From assembly GCA_965178125.1 (NCBI GenBank), contig OZ237752.1:124001-188000 (forward strand): a stretch of DNA of 64,000 nucleotides, in the 5' to 3' direction. The notes beneath the pieces are model-generated. The model was not told where the DNA came from. It searched no databases and saw only the letters and a program-made list of their open reading frames with translations. The translations under genes were made by a program, and so were the position numbers. Positions within the stretch are counted from its first letter, which is position 1. Every line of letters begins with the position of its first letter. This document shows, piece after piece, positions 24,191 through 37,022 of this stretch. The stretch comes from Bilabrum cf. latius (lineage: Eukaryota).

Positions 24191-27100
24191 TCAGCATCTC
24201 TCAAAAATCTTGTAGAGCTGCTCGGTGCACGCCACTTGCACCGTCCTGTGGTCCTCGGCGAGGCCGCGGGGAGGCAGCAGAAGACGCCGGGCAGCGGGCC
24301 ACATCACGTGCTCGGCGATGAAGAATGCCGATTCCGGGTCCGACCTGTGTTCCTCGGCCCGCCCCACCTCCATCCCAGGCGCCTCTCTGCCCTCGGTTGA
24401 CCCCCCATCCCCATCCCCACCAGCAGCCGCACCGGCTCTGTCGTCCAGGAGCCCCCTCGGCACCGGCCGGGCCCAGTCGGGTATGTCAGGCAGCCTCGCG
24501 TAGAACCGGCCAATGGCCTCCGAGACGGTCCGGAAGCAGGGCCCCTCCTCCTCCCACTCGGCCTGCAGCGCAAGGTCCAGCAAGAACGAGGGCAGCCAGT
24601 CCATGCACGGAGTGTGCCCATCCACGAGCCTGGGCAAAGAGGTGAGGCAGGGGCGCGGCTGGGCGGGGGATGAGCCGGCAGACGAAGACGAAGAAGAAGA
24701 GGAAGAAGAGGAAGAAGAGGAGGAGGAGGAGGACGATGACCCGCCTTCGCCCTTGCTCCCAGCCTCAACTGCCTGCACAGAGATCCCGATCCCGAAGTAC
24801 TGGCCCAGCATCTCGCCCTTGCTGGCCAGCAGCACCGCAGCTTCCTGCACCAGCTGCTCCCTGGCCTGCGGGTCGGCGATCTCGGCCGCCACTGCCCCTC
24901 CCGCCGCGTCCTCCTCCTCAAGGGCCAACTGCAGGAGCTCCGTGATGGAGGGGGCTGGCTCCAGCTGGAAGGAGTGCATGTTGGCGAAGAGGCCGAGTGC
25001 CCTCTGGTAGAAGAGCTGCTGGCTGCGGGAGAAGAGAAGCGGGGTGGAAGGGGGAGAGAGAGAAGGGTCATTGCATTGCAGGGCATCGGATAGGGACGAA
25101 TGCGTGTGCCTCGAACATGCGAGGAAAGAACCAAGCGCCCGCGCGCAATCCATACCGAGCTCGTGCTCGAGTCGGCTCTCACAAGTATTCGTAGTGGTTG
25201 ACCAGAACCAGCCTGGTCTTGTGCTGCACCAGTGACAGCTGCTCGTCCACGACCCCCACGAAGGTGTGTTCCCTGACGATTGCCTGCAGGGCGGGGTGCA
25301 CGGCTGCCTTGGCTTCGTCCAGGAGTCCCAGCACGCTGGGCAGCTTCACTTCGCGCCTCTGGTTTCTCTGCCTCTCTGCGCGTCTCTGGGACAGCATCGC
25401 GCGGTAGCTTAGTCGCTTGGCCTGCGAGGCTGGCACGCCGCCATCGTTGGGATCAGTGGCATCGGTGCCACCGGTGCCTCCGGCTGCTTCCCCCTGCGAC
25501 CCGTTGGCTGCAGCGGCATCCACCACGGGATCCATTGCTCCCTGTTCTCTCCCCCTCTTGTGTCCGAGTCCCGCGCCAGCACTAGCATGCGATGCACCTA
25601 CCTAGGCACCCAGCGCAGTCCCAGCCACAGCACTCGCTTGGGCATCCACCGCCAGCTGCATCCCCACTGCCCCGGCCCTCTCCGCAAGAGGACCCTCACC
25701 CTCCACCCCGTCCTCGCAGCAATCGTCCATCGACGCCTGGCCATTCCTAGCAGCAGCGGCGCCCTCCAGTGCAGCCAGCTGGCGGACATCGTCCGGATCG
25801 TAACCCAGCTACCTGTCCGTGCCAGCTGCTGCACCCGTGTCGGCACCAGAGGCCAAGTCCAGCTGTGCAGCCCCCATCCCCTCACCCGGATCCATCGCAC
25901 CGTCCTCCCCCATCCCACTCGTCACACCGCCCTACCGCGCCGACACCATGAACGAGTCGAGTCTCTGCAGCTTGGTGTCCGTGCGGACCAGCTTGTCGGG
26001 CCGCTTGGCCGGAGCCGTGCGAGACGAGGCCCCGCCCTGCACGGGCACGCCGCTTGTTCCCTGGGACGCCCCCTGCTTCCGCTTGGCGGCAGCCTCCTGC
26101 GTAAACACGTACGGCAGGGGGCGGCGCGGCCTGGTTTTGCGCGACTAGGATGATGATGACGAGGAGGAGGCGGCTGCCCGCCCTCTGCTTCCGCCTTGTC
26201 TCGCCCTGCCTCCACCCTCGTCCTCGTCCTCCTCCTCATCATCATCACCATCGCTTTCACTCCCGTCCTCCATTGAAGCCTGACTCCCTTTCCTGCCCCT
26301 CCTGCTCTTGCTGGACCCACCGTCACCTGCACCGTCACCGCCATCAACACCGCCACCGCCCGTCCCCTCACCCGCTCCCGCCACCACGGCGTGTCCATCC
26401 CCGTCCAGCCCCACCTACAGGAAATCCACTCCCGCCAGGGAACTCCTCTGCGTCTGCGCATTGCGATGGGACGATTTGCGACCGGCCTGGCCGGCCCCTG
26501 TGGACCCCGCCTTCAGCGAGGAACCAGCCACCGCCGCCGTGCCTCCGGGCAGCAGAGCCTGGGAGTAGAAGGTGCGGCTGCGGTTGGCCCCCTGCAGCGC
26601 CGCCTCTATCGCCTCCGTGGCGGCTGCAGCCACCTCGTCTTCGTGAAGGAGGGCGACGTGCCTCTTGGCGGGGTGCACATTGACGTCCACGTGGGAAGGA
26701 GGCAGCTCCACCTCGAGGTACACGAAGGGGTGGGAACCCTTGGGGAGGCAGTGCTGGAAGGGCTGCGTGCAGGCACGCTTGAGTGTCGGGCTCTCGACCA
26801 GACGATGGTTGACGAAGAGCACAAATATGCCCCGCTTCATGCTGTAGCTGGCCCCCGTGCACATCCCCTTGAGTCTGAAGCAGGGGCGGGCACCCATCAG
26901 GCCGTTGTCGCTACCGCCGCCGCCTCCGTCACCGCCGCTGCCACTGCTGCCGGACTCGGCTGCATCCCCCGCGCGAGGGAGAGTGCTCGCGCTGGTCGCT
27001 TCCGGGGCGCTGCTTGAAGCAGGCAGCTGGGGCAGCTACAGCCCCTGTGCCGGGTGGGTGGCGCTGGATGCTTCGTCGGTGCCTGCGGCTGCGCTTGCCC

Positions 27101-28039
27101 CGGATGCTGCAGTCGGCTTTGACGAGGAGGTGGACGACGCTGCAGCCGATGCTGCTTTGGGACTTGCTTCTACTCCAACCGCTGCCTCGAATTCGATCAG
27201 TTCCCTGGAGAGCGCGTGCCCATACGCCAGCCCGATCACCTCCTTCCTCCTCTTGCCTGCCACAGAGGTGGTGTGCAGGTCGGGGGCCGCTCCGGTGCCC
27301 TTGCGGCAGGTGAACGAGCGGCCCCCCGGGCCGAAGTGCACGGCATATCGCGTGACGACGTCGAGCACTCTCTGGTACTCGTCACTGGGCGACCGCATCG
27401 CCGCTCGGCGGGTCGGCATGTTGTAGAAGAGATCCTCTGCCGTGATCTGAGTGCCTGGCACGCCGGCGGATGGACGGACCTGGGCCTTGCCACCGGCGCG
27501 CATCGGCGCAACGTTGCCGTCTTTGTATGCCGCTTTGTAGGCACAGGCTGCGCCACGGACCATGGAGAGGATGGTCAGCCTCGACACATGGCTGATGCTC
27601 GCGAGAGCCTCCCCTCGGAACCCGAACGTGCTCATCCCCTCCAAGTCTTCGTACTTTTTCAGCTTACTCGTGGTGTGTCGCTCACAAACAATATTCATAT
27701 CCCTCTTCTGCGATGAACAGAATGATTTTGCGCTCAAAATTTGAATGGATGACGGAAGAAGCTCCGGCTGGTGAGCTAGCAACGATACCATTAACAACAC
27801 AGCAGCTCATCAAATTAGGGTGCTCTACTAACATGAATACCGTGGCCATCATCTTGAATTTGCAGAACTGCAAGACCACCATTCTTTGCGGTAACTTGGA
27901 TGTTTCTAGCACCAGCGTCAATACTATTCTCAAGCAACTCTTTCAGCGCAGATGCAGGACGGTGGACAACTTCACCAGCTGCTATTCGGTCAACAACTTC
28001 CTTGCTCAGCCTTCGAATACTACCGCCATTGCTGCTCAT
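24191..28039 (-). CDS. MLH1: DNA mismatch repair protein MLH1 (MutL homolog); exons 27833-28039, 25183-27707 and 24191-25022
   Basis: N-terminal [62 protein letters not shown], linker LVRTD, and the diagnostic C-terminus LYKIFERC followed by TGA. GT-AG introns 27708-27832 and 25023-25182. In-frame TAGs at 27036, 26415, 26145, 25932, 25809 and 25602. Confidence 0.95.
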
Positions 28040-28233
28040 ATCGAATAAATCGAACGCAAGTGTTTGCTCAGCGAATTGGTTCCGCTAATAGCCAAACCGG
28101 AACTACCGATTCACGCGGCGCCAAGGATCCATCATGGATACGGGTGGATTTATCCCACTTGTTCTTGCCGTTGATAGGACATTCAAAACTCCTGACGTCC
28201 TTACGTTGTACTTTATACCTACAACTACCTCTT

Positions 28234-29683
28234 ATGTCAAAGAAAATCTCGAAAAGCGTGATTTGTGCGATTCATTCCCCCGATCCCCGGCAGCATACAG
28301 AGTGGGCTGTATCCGCATTTAACGGAGAAATCTTTGGTATTCAGGATGCTCCCGGGAAGAAAGGCTGCTTGCAGTCTATTTTTAAGGTGAGGTTGCGCTC
28401 TCACTGCATGCTGCCGATCATCACTGGGGTTCTGTGGTGGCCGAGGTGACCCGGAGAAATTTAGCGATCAACTGCCGCTTGGCGCTGCATTGGCTTTTTC
28501 ATGGCCACACAAACTGTACAGTCAATCAAAACCTGCAGCAAATACACACAAGTAAAACCTAAACCTACATACTTCGCAGATTCATGGCACCAACTTGATG
28601 ATGGAGAGCTGCGGGCCCGGCGAATCGCCGACGGGATTCCACCAGGTCGTGGATGCCGGGAGCGAGCACGAGGCAAGTGCTCTGCACGCCAGCCTACTCG
28701 CCAAGCACGGCGCCAAAGAGGTGTCACCGATGGCTCGGTCACCATGCGGCGCTTGGATGGGCGACGTGACCGACCCGTGGGGCCTCCGGTGGACCCTGTA
28801 CGCCAAGGGCGGCGATGGCGAACAGGCAGGAGCTTCGACTAGTAGCTCAGGCGGCGCAGCTGCAGCTGCAGCTGGAGCTTCATTGACTTCGTCTTCGTCT
28901 TCGTCCGCCGCGGCAACTGCCTCAAGCACCTCATCGCTTACCACTCCTGCCATGGTGACGGTCGTCATCTCTCCCTCAGCCAAGGCACACGGGGAGTGGC
29001 TGGCGGCTGCTGCCGGCGGCAAGGTCGAGGCCGTGTTTGAGGGAAAGGACGGAAAAGTCATGCACAGCGATGTGGCGGTAAGTCACCCCGCTCCGCTGCT
29101 GCGCACTAATGGACCTGTGGATCGCACAAAAGTCCTGCAGTTGCCTGTCATGATTGCATAGTTTACCACGCTGCCGCTTATGTACCCCTGAAGCACCGAT
29201 GTTTTTCACCAGTCCCCACTTCCCTATTCCCTGCAGGTGAAAGGCGCCCACATCTACATCGAGGACAGGCACGGAGAGATGCCCGGCGTGCTCCGAGCCA
29301 CTGGGCCCTCAGAGCCCGCTCCCCTGGGACCCAAAAATGCCGTCCGCATCGCACCTCATGGCTGGTACGTTATGATGAATCTAACCCCGGCAGAAATTAA
29401 GCCTGTGTTCGATGGCATGGTTGCTAAAGGAGCCAAGGTGATCGAGCCCCTCGAGCACAAGTTCTGGGGGGCCCAGTTCGGCGTGGTCCGTGACCCGTTC
29501 GGAACCGACTGGGGGCTGCACGCCGATGATGCTCCGTAGGAGGACTGTCCTGTCAACACTGACGAAAAAGCCGGGACGGGCGCGGCAAGCACTCCCACGG
29601 GAGCAGCGAGCGGAGCAGGTGCTCCTGGTGGAGCAAGTGCTTCAGAGGAGCAGCCAGGCACCAAGCGGCCCAGGATTGAGTGA
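28234..29683 (+). CDS. Tandem VOC (glyoxalase/bleomycin resistance, PhnB-like) domain protein; exons 28234-28386, 28580-29077 and 29237-29683
   Basis: Two VOC-like units ending GDVTDPWGLRW and FWGAQFGVVRDPFGTDW, plus GKVMHSDVAVKG. GT-AG introns 28387-28579 and 29078-29236. TAG at 29537 is read through to TGA 29681-29683. Confidence 0.8.
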
Positions 29684-30286
29684 CCAGGCTTGCGTGAAAC
29701 CCGGTATGCTTGCACCTGCTGATTATAATTTGAGCATTATGTTCCTCACGCACGAAATTGGCCCACAGTCTTGGTGTCGTTGAATCCAAGTCACACTCAA
29801 AGACCCGAGAGAGATCGTAGCTCGTTACTAGGTCGGTGCTCGGAGCCTAAGATTTTGTCGTTTAATGCAGCCCATCGGATGATTCACTTCAACATTCTCA
29901 ATAGGACTTCAGTCAATAAATGCTACGCTCGCCATCGCGGCCATGGTCATGGGAGTGCTTGCCTACACAGCACACGCACAGGAGAGCTGCCAATCCGGGT
30001 GCGTCTGCAACAGCGTGGACTAGGGCCTAATTGACGTCTCGGCTTGTGGGAGCTGCACTGCAGACTTATGCAACAACTAGTCCGGGACTTGCCAGGGATC
30101 CTGAAGGCTGTCATCTCGAGCAATGATTGCTACTTGGATGATATTTTAATCTTCTTCTTGATAATTTATGTGGTCGCATCTATTCTTTTAACGTTGCTGT
30201 TTCCATTTTCATCATAAAGAAGGAGAAATTAAATCATATCTGCCCAACTCACTCCGTCTCTACTGCGCGCATTGGCATCCTCTTCT

Positions 30287-31957
30287 TCACCCTTCATCCT
30301 CAGCCGCAGCCTCAGCTTCAGCCTCAGCCTCCTCTGCACCTGCAGATGCTCCGCGATCCTCATCCTCCTCCCCATCCCCCTTCTTCCTCGCTATCAGGTC
30401 GACCACGATGGGCGGGTTGTGCAGCTGCTGCCATCGGTCGCATGAGCTTGCGTTCACAAACAAGGTGCGATCCAGGCCGCCGCTGCCCCCACTCCCGCCG
30501 GCAACCGCCGCTGGACTGCCACCGCTCGCCCCGCCCAGCGCGGCCGCTGACCCCCCACCAACCCCGCGGCTGGAGCTGAGCGGCCCCTGCGCCCTCTCAA
30601 TCGTCACACCGTACCCCTCATGAATGTGGCCAAAGGCGTGCACCCTGGGACGTATCCTGCGGGCAGACTCCACCAGCGCTCTTGGAGACCCCAGGTGGCT
30701 CCCCTTGTGCCGCCCGTCCATGCCCACAATGGCGTCACCGTGCCCCGCGGGGGGGCCATGGGTGACCAAGATATCGACCGCGCCGTCTCCAGGGACCGCC
30801 GCCAGAGACCGCTCGAACTCGCGGGGGCCGCTGTTCCAAGGCAAACCGCACACTACAATGCCCCCCATCAGGGTCACGCACTCGTCATGCAGCGGTATCA
30901 CATTGTGTCTCAGGAGCACCGCATCACCCTCGAGCCGCTCCCCTCCCGGGCCCTTGTGCCTGTTCGCGAACTCCTCCTCGATCGGGTCGGCCGACTCTCT
31001 TGAGTCGCGGCCCATGCCGTGGATGGACCTGGCGCCCATGGCCCGGCTCTTTATTCGCTCCGAATCCGCCGCCCACCCGTCCTTGTACATCGACTTGCGG
31101 TGTCCGGGGGGCAGGAAGAGCCTCGAGTCGTGGTTCCCGTGGATGACCAGCCTCTGTCTGCAGGTGGGCGGGCCCATCTTGGAGAACCACTCGGCGAACG
31201 CATCAAGCTCCTCGCGGCCCGACACGCGGGAAAAATCCCCGCAGTGGATCAAGACATCCGTGTCCGGGGGGATGTGCAGCACGCCGTCGGCGGCCCGGCG
31301 GCCGTGCACGCCAACCTGCTGCGAGTGCGTGTCGGAGATGAAGGCCACGCGGGTGGCCCCCCTGGGCTTGTGCGAGCGGGCGCGGTGCCACCCGCTCACC
31401 AGCCGCAGGTCCACGGGAATGGCTCCCAGCTTGGGGTGCAGGCTCAGCCAGGTCCTGGCCGCGGCGCTGTCGTACCGAGCAGCCACTGGTGCTCGCCGTG
31501 CCGCAGCATCCATCGCGTCATCGTTCCTACCAGCCTCCAGTGCCTTTTGCAGATCGTCAGCTGCTGCGTCGATGGCAGCCTGATCATGGGCTATCTATTC
31601 AATGCGCGCTACCAACGCACTCGAGTCCGCGTCATCCGCGGCACCCGCCCCTTCCCCGCTGGCAGCTTCTGGCGCATCCCCGGGTGCTGCAGAAGGGCTC
31701 TCATCCGAGCCAGCAGCAGCTTTGTCCGACTGCGTACCAGCTAACAACTAACCTGAATTGGTACCGGACAGTGTGGACGGGCCCGATCCGCCAGTGATCG
31801 CGCGCCGTATTACTCTGACGTCGTCGAGCACTGCCGCCAGGATATCTCTCTGCTGCCGCTGCTCGAACCGCACTGCGGCCAACTGCTTGCCAAACTCCCG
31901 AAACTATAGCTTACATAACTACGCTAGCTGATCGACGTCACTCATGGCAGCTGCCAT
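30287..31957 (-). CDS. Calcineurin-like metallophosphoesterase (MPPED-like) with N-terminal coiled-coil extension
   Basis: Motifs ISDTH, HCGDFS, HGNHD, THGPP, FGHIHEGYG and FVNAS. The frame extends upstream to ATG 31955-31957 across TAGs at 31595, 31748, 31904 and 31919. TGA stop. Confidence 0.85.
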
Positions 31958-32216
31958 CTTTTGGTAGTTCCAGAGAATGCATCATTCTCGCATGCTTCGG
32001 GAACTCTGTCAAACCGGAACAAAACGAGAAAGGCAACTCGATGGACGTGCTCTTCGCCAGTGAGACAACTTGCAGCAGCGTGATACATAATGCAAATCTA
32101 GAAACCTTCGCGCCCTCCGCTGGCCCGCTAGTCCCGCCCGCCAGCCTCCCACCTCCCACCTGCCACCAACTTGAAGCTCACCCACAGCCTCCGACACCCT
32201 CGCCCCCTCAGGATCC

Positions 32217-34616
32217 TCAGCACTGCAGGATCATGCCGCTCGGGTCAAAACCCCTCTGCAGGGCGGGGCTCCCCGGTTTCAGCGCCCAGTTGTTCCCCGC
32301 CTCGTCCACGAACATGGGGTCGGCCACCGCGGACCCGCGATCGAACCCCATGCCCTGCCACTGCTGGAACGACCACGCGTCAAAGGCCACGGTCGAGGAG
32401 CTCATGTTGTACACCGGGTCAAAGTACACGTTATTGATCACGCGGGAGGGGTTCAGGTAAGGGGACGGGTCCACGTGCCCGTCTTTCACCAGCATGGCCA
32501 TGGGCGGGTACTGCTCTGGGAGCGAAGTCCCCGGGCGGTACACGATGTTTCCGAAGAACTTGTTGTCCATGGGGGCTGCAGATGGGGGAGCTCCCGCCCG
32601 GTGCTCGTCCCGGGGCACTTGCCCGGTGCTCGCCGCGCCCGGCCTGCTGGGAGGCACGACGTGCAATGAGCCCATGTACTGGTACTTTTCCTGCGTGTTG
32701 TACGCGAAAATGTTGTTGCTGGCGCTGTTGTTGTGGCCCTCGTGGTAAAACAAGCCCGCGAAACTCGAGTTGATCACCGTGTTGCGGCGCACCACCGTGT
32801 TGCTGGAGAAGTTGTCCAGGTACACGGCCCAGCCCCAGGTGGGTCGGTGCAGCAGCCCCGTGGCGTCCGTGTCGGTGCCGATCGTGTCCTTCACGCAGTT
32901 GCCCTCGATCACCACGCCGGTGTTGAGGCCGCCGCTCGAGTCGATCGTGCTGATGCCGCCGTAGTCGCGGGTGTGCAGGCCCGTCCGCCGAATCGTGTTC
33001 CCCAGTATGCGAACGTTCCTCGAGAGTGCTCCCGCCCCGTTGGACCGCATGGCCACGCCCCACCGACTCGTGTTGGAGATCGAGTTGCCTTGCACGAGCG
33101 CGTCACTCGCCGTGGTGAGGAACACACCCCCTGCCGAGCTGAGCGTGACTCCGATCCGATCCATTGTGTTCCCCAGGATCTGGGCCCCGACTGACTGCGA
33201 GTCGTTCACCCCGATGGACATCACCCCGGACTGACCCACGTGTGAGAACAAAGACCCTCTCACCGTGGACCCCGCCGCCCCTTTGGACAGCAGCACGCCA
33301 CCGCCACCCACGCCAACGAAGGAACAGTTCTCCACCGCGGCCCCGCTGCCGCCCGCCAGCACTACAGCCGCGTCGCTCGGGGAACCCTCCGAGGAATCGC
33401 TCTCGTCGAAGCCCTCCTGGAATCCGCGACTGTGCCAGGAAACGTCCCGGAAATGGATCCCCTGGAGGCTCACATTGGAGACCCCTTGCAGCGCCACCGC
33501 CGCGTCCACCGCCGGCACCCAAGCCCCCGCCTCCAGGTCCTGCGCGCCCTCCCCCGCACGCAGAGCGTAGTAGAGCGTGCCCCCCGACGCAACGTACTCC
33601 CCTGGAGCGTCCAGGAGTGCCGTGCTGTTGGCCAAGTAGATCCTGTTCCCCGGCTGGATGGCGCGGCTCGTCAGCCCCGGCTGGTGCGTGTTGTTGGTCA
33701 CGATGCAGATGCCGCACTCGGTGTCCACGCGCACCTCGGTCCAGTCGCCCGACACACTCGTCACCGTGCCCGTACCCCAGAAGTTCACCCAGGACCACGT
33801 GGGCCAGATGAAGGTTGCAACCGGGTCACCATCCCGCAGCGCCGAGGGGAAGGCGGGGGTCGGTCCGCTCGCCCTCATCGTCACGCTGGCGGTCGTGGCG
33901 GGGGGGGCGTGCTCGACGTAGCTCGAGTTGGTCACGCGGGCCGTCTGCCCCGCGTAGTTCCGGTCTAGGTCGTCCGAGGGGGGCGCGTTCGGGTGCCGGG
34001 CCAGGTCCGCGGGGGTGTCGCCCACACGAAGGGTGAGCGGGAAGCGGGCCCCGGCGGGGAGCGGGGCCTCGTACACGGCCAGGCCGGCGGGCCAGGCGAA
34101 CTGGTGCTCGCTCGGAGGACCGGAGCTCGGCTGCCAGCCCTTCACCTGAAGCCCCCCTGAAAACACCACGGACTGCACCGCATTCTTTGCATCAACTATA
34201 GCTGTGTCTTGTTGCGCTTGCCAAGTGACTCTGCACTGCTCTGCATCTCTCCCGCTGTCAACTGGACCCAAACCGAGCGCGACGCGTCGATCACCGCCGA
34301 GCGGAATCTTGGGCAAATCCACGGCACCAGCACCCGGATCAGGAGAGTTCAAGTCGCTTGAATCGTACACACCAGCTGCAATAATCACGTTGACAGGGTT
34401 GCAAGTATGCAGCGCCGCTTGCTGCTGCAACTCGCCGCGTACCACAAGCTTCGCGGCAGCTGGAGACTTGCACGCCTGGGTACCGGGACCTGAGCCGCAT
34501 GAAGGCGAGTCATGGCCTTTCGAACCATCCACGTATATAGCGCGAGGATCCTTCAGCGTTCTCGCGGCATCGGCGAGATGGCATGCAACTGCAACTGTGA
34601 GAGTGAAGACATTCAT
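32217..34616 (-). CDS. Secreted right-handed parallel beta-helix protein (pectin-lyase fold, GH141-like)
   Basis: Signal-peptide-like N-terminus; IYVDGSKGHDS, FSGGLQVKGW, LARHPN, LLDAPGEY, DYGGIS, WAVYLDNFSSN; repeated GN-x-I beta-helix coils; C-terminal DPMFVD..LKPGSPA. Intronless, no TAG, TGA stop. Confidence 0.75.
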   Translation of the reverse strand: MNVFTLTVAVACHLADAARTLKDPRAIYVDGSKGHDSPSCGSGPGTQACKSPAAAKLVVRGELQQQAALHTCNPVNVIIAAGVYDSSDLNSPDPGAGAVDLPKIPLGGDRRVALGLGPVDSGRDAEQCRVTWQAQQDTAIVDAKNAVQSVVFSGGLQVKGWQPSSGPPSEHQFAWPAGLAVYEAPLPAGARFPLTLRVGDTPADLARHPNAPPSDDLDRNYAGQTARVTNSSYVEHAPPATTASVTMRASGPTPAFPSALRDGDPVATFIWPTWSWVNFWGTGTVTSVSGDWTEVRVDTECGICIVTNNTHQPGLTSRAIQPGNRIYLANSTALLDAPGEYVASGGTLYYALRAGEGAQDLEAGAWVPAVDAAVALQGVSNVSLQGIHFRDVSWHSRGFQEGFDESDSSEGSPSDAAVVLAGGSGAAVENCSFVGVGGGGVLLSKGAAGSTVRGSLFSHVGQSGVMSIGVNDSQSVGAQILGNTMDRIGVTLSSAGGVFLTTASDALVQGNSISNTSRWGVAMRSNGAGALSRNVRILGNTIRRTGLHTRDYGGISTIDSSGGLNTGVVIEGNCVKDTIGTDTDATGLLHRPTWGWAVYLDNFSSNTVVRRNTVINSSFAGLFYHEGHNNSASNNIFAYNTQEKYQYMGSLHVVPPSRPGAASTGQVPRDEHRAGAPPSAAPMDNKFFGNIVYRPGTSLPEQYPPMAMLVKDGHVDPSPYLNPSRVINNVYFDPVYNMSSSTVAFDAWSFQQWQGMGFDRGSAVADPMFVDEAGNNWALKPGSPALQRGFDPSGMILQC

Positions 34617-34978
34617 GTCCTATGCTGCTTTGTAGGGAGGGTTCTTTGTAGATTGCGACCCAAGCAGTGCGCTTGAATGGACAGATTCTTGTACCACTTT
34701 GGTTACAGAACTACTTGAACCGGCGGTGGATCCTGCGGAGCACGAAACCTGCGGATCCAGATGTGCACGCAACAGACACCAGGCGTGGGCCTGGACGACA
34801 ACAGCCAGTCTCTTGCAAACATGCACCTTGTCAGTGGAAACTTTAATGCTGACACACTCGCGGGGAAGTATCGCGGGCCACATCACCCCTTGCCGGTGTC
34901 CCTCCCCTTGCCCCCCTCGCCCCCTGTCTCCATTTTCTTGTCCCTCCCAGTTCCCCTACCCCTACCCCTACCACTGCT

Positions 34979-36583
34979 TCAGCCTCGCTTGCCTGCCCGA
35001 CCCCTGCTTCTGTTTCTGCCTCTGCCTCTGCCTCTGCACCTGCCCCTGCCTCTATCTCTGCCTCTCCCCCCCTTGCCGCCGCTGGCAGCCCGCCCCATGC
35101 CCCTGCCTCCGGCACCGGCGCCAGCACCAGCACCAGCACCACCCAGCAGCGGCACAGTCACCACCCCGGCGCACTCCCCCGCCAGACGGCGAGCCCCGCC
35201 GGGCAGCCAGTCGTACGCGCACTCGTCACTCCCTGCACCCCCAGTCCCCGCACTCGTCACAGACCCCCGCCGCCACTGCTCCATGCCGTGCACCAGGCCC
35301 AGCCCCCCGTGTGGGTTCCATCGCATCACCACGGCATCATGGTCTCCGGGGTGGTCTGCAGGCCCCGCCTGACCGTGCTCCTCATCCTAGTCGTATTTCT
35401 GTTCCTGTTGTTCATCTTTGTCCTACTTGCCATGTCCCGCTCCTTCTTGTTTCTTCCTGTCGCCGCCCTCTCCTTCTCCTTTCTCTTGTCTAGCGTCGTA
35501 ACCATTGGACGGCGAGCTGCCACCGCCTGACTCCATCTACATATGCCCGGCATCTTTTGCATCGCCATCTTTTGCATCCTCCCCATCCGCATCCCCTTCA
35601 CCCCCGGCATCACCATCGCCTGCATCACCCCCCTGCCCAGTCCCGTGTTCTTCAGCCGTCTCTTGTCCCGACACTCCACCCACAGCCACCGTCACTACCA
35701 GCCTTCCGCCCGCCCCCGCCCTTGCCTTTGCAAGTGCCCTCGCCTGCGCTCCCTCCGTCCCGACGCTGATAGGCTTCCCGTCCAGCAGCACCCGGGCGGG
35801 GCTACTAGCGGATGCACCACCGTGCGATGCACCTTGTGAACCCCCCCATTCCTGTTCCTGTTCCCGCACCGGCCTGGTGCCTCTCGCCCGCACCGCAAGC
35901 ACCACGGGAACGCCCCCATGCTGCAGGCGCCTCACGTCCGCGATGAAGTCTGCATCCTGGGTTACGAGCACAACCAGTGCGGCGGGCCCAGCCGTCTCGG
36001 TGCCCCCTCCCCCTCCTTGATCTGCCCCACCAACCGCAGCCCCTCCTCCCAGGGGAACTAAGGGCGAGGCCATGGCAGGCGGGCCGGTGGCAGTGCTGAG
36101 GTACGGACCAGCCGCGCCGGGATACTTGCGGTCCAGGGGCGGCGCCTGGTGCTGGTGCGGAGGTGTGACGAGTGCGGGAGCGCCGGTGCCTAGGGCTCCC
36201 GCCGCTGCTCCGAAGTCTTGCAGGATCCAGTCGAACTGCCGGGACATGGCGCGGTCTGCCGCTTCGCTCTTGCTGTCTCCGCTCGTGTCGATGGCAAAGC
36301 CCAGACAGCGCTGGAGCCCCCTCTTTGTGGCAATCGGCAGCTTGCTCGCAAAAGCCAGCAATCGGGCTGATACGCTGCCGCGGGGGAAGCCCAGCGCGGC
36401 TGGAACCTATCGCTGGAGCGCTAGGCCGCAAGGCGTAATGACAGCGGATTTCGGACAAACGTTCTCAATATCCCAGACGATAAAGATTCGCCGCATGCGG
36501 TCTCGCCACGATGGCGGCGCAGCATCGGCCACCTCGGGTCCGTCAGCGGGTCTCACTCGATTCGACGATGTTCCACACCCCAT
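34979..36583 (-). CDS. NYN (PIN-like) domain protein with MGCG N-terminus and RG-rich tail
   Basis: IVWDIENV, KSEAADRAM and VLVTQDADF match the NYN/LabA/MARF1-type acidic motifs. One frame with TAG at 36407, 35537, 35423 and 35387; TGA stop at 34979-34981. Confidence 0.75.
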
Positions 36584-37022
36584 GTAAGGCCAGATTTCAC
36601 CTGGCCAGGCAATAATAAACCTCCTGCCAGCAGAGCGGCTCAACAACAGTGTCGTTCTCGCACGGCGTCGTCAGAACAACTACGAACCATGTCTCCCGAT
36701 ACTTTCTGTTCCTGTGCTTGCCTCATATCTGCGACCTATTTAAAGGAATATTGGTCAGATGTGAACTGCAGGGGCAGCGGCCGGGTACTACCGAATGCTT
36801 CTTAATTCTTGCCACCACGGGATCGGTGAGGCATTTTCCACCGTGACGCGGTCGCTGATCGGAGCCACGGCCGGTCTGTCCGTTTGGCGCGACGACGATT
36901 CATGCGCGCACAATCAAATTGGACAATACAGGCTGAATTGTAAGGCTATCGCGGCATTCACACTTATTGCTTTGGCAAGTCCCCAGCGTTTTTTGTCAGA
37001 TTGATTCCCATCGGCCTGAAAA

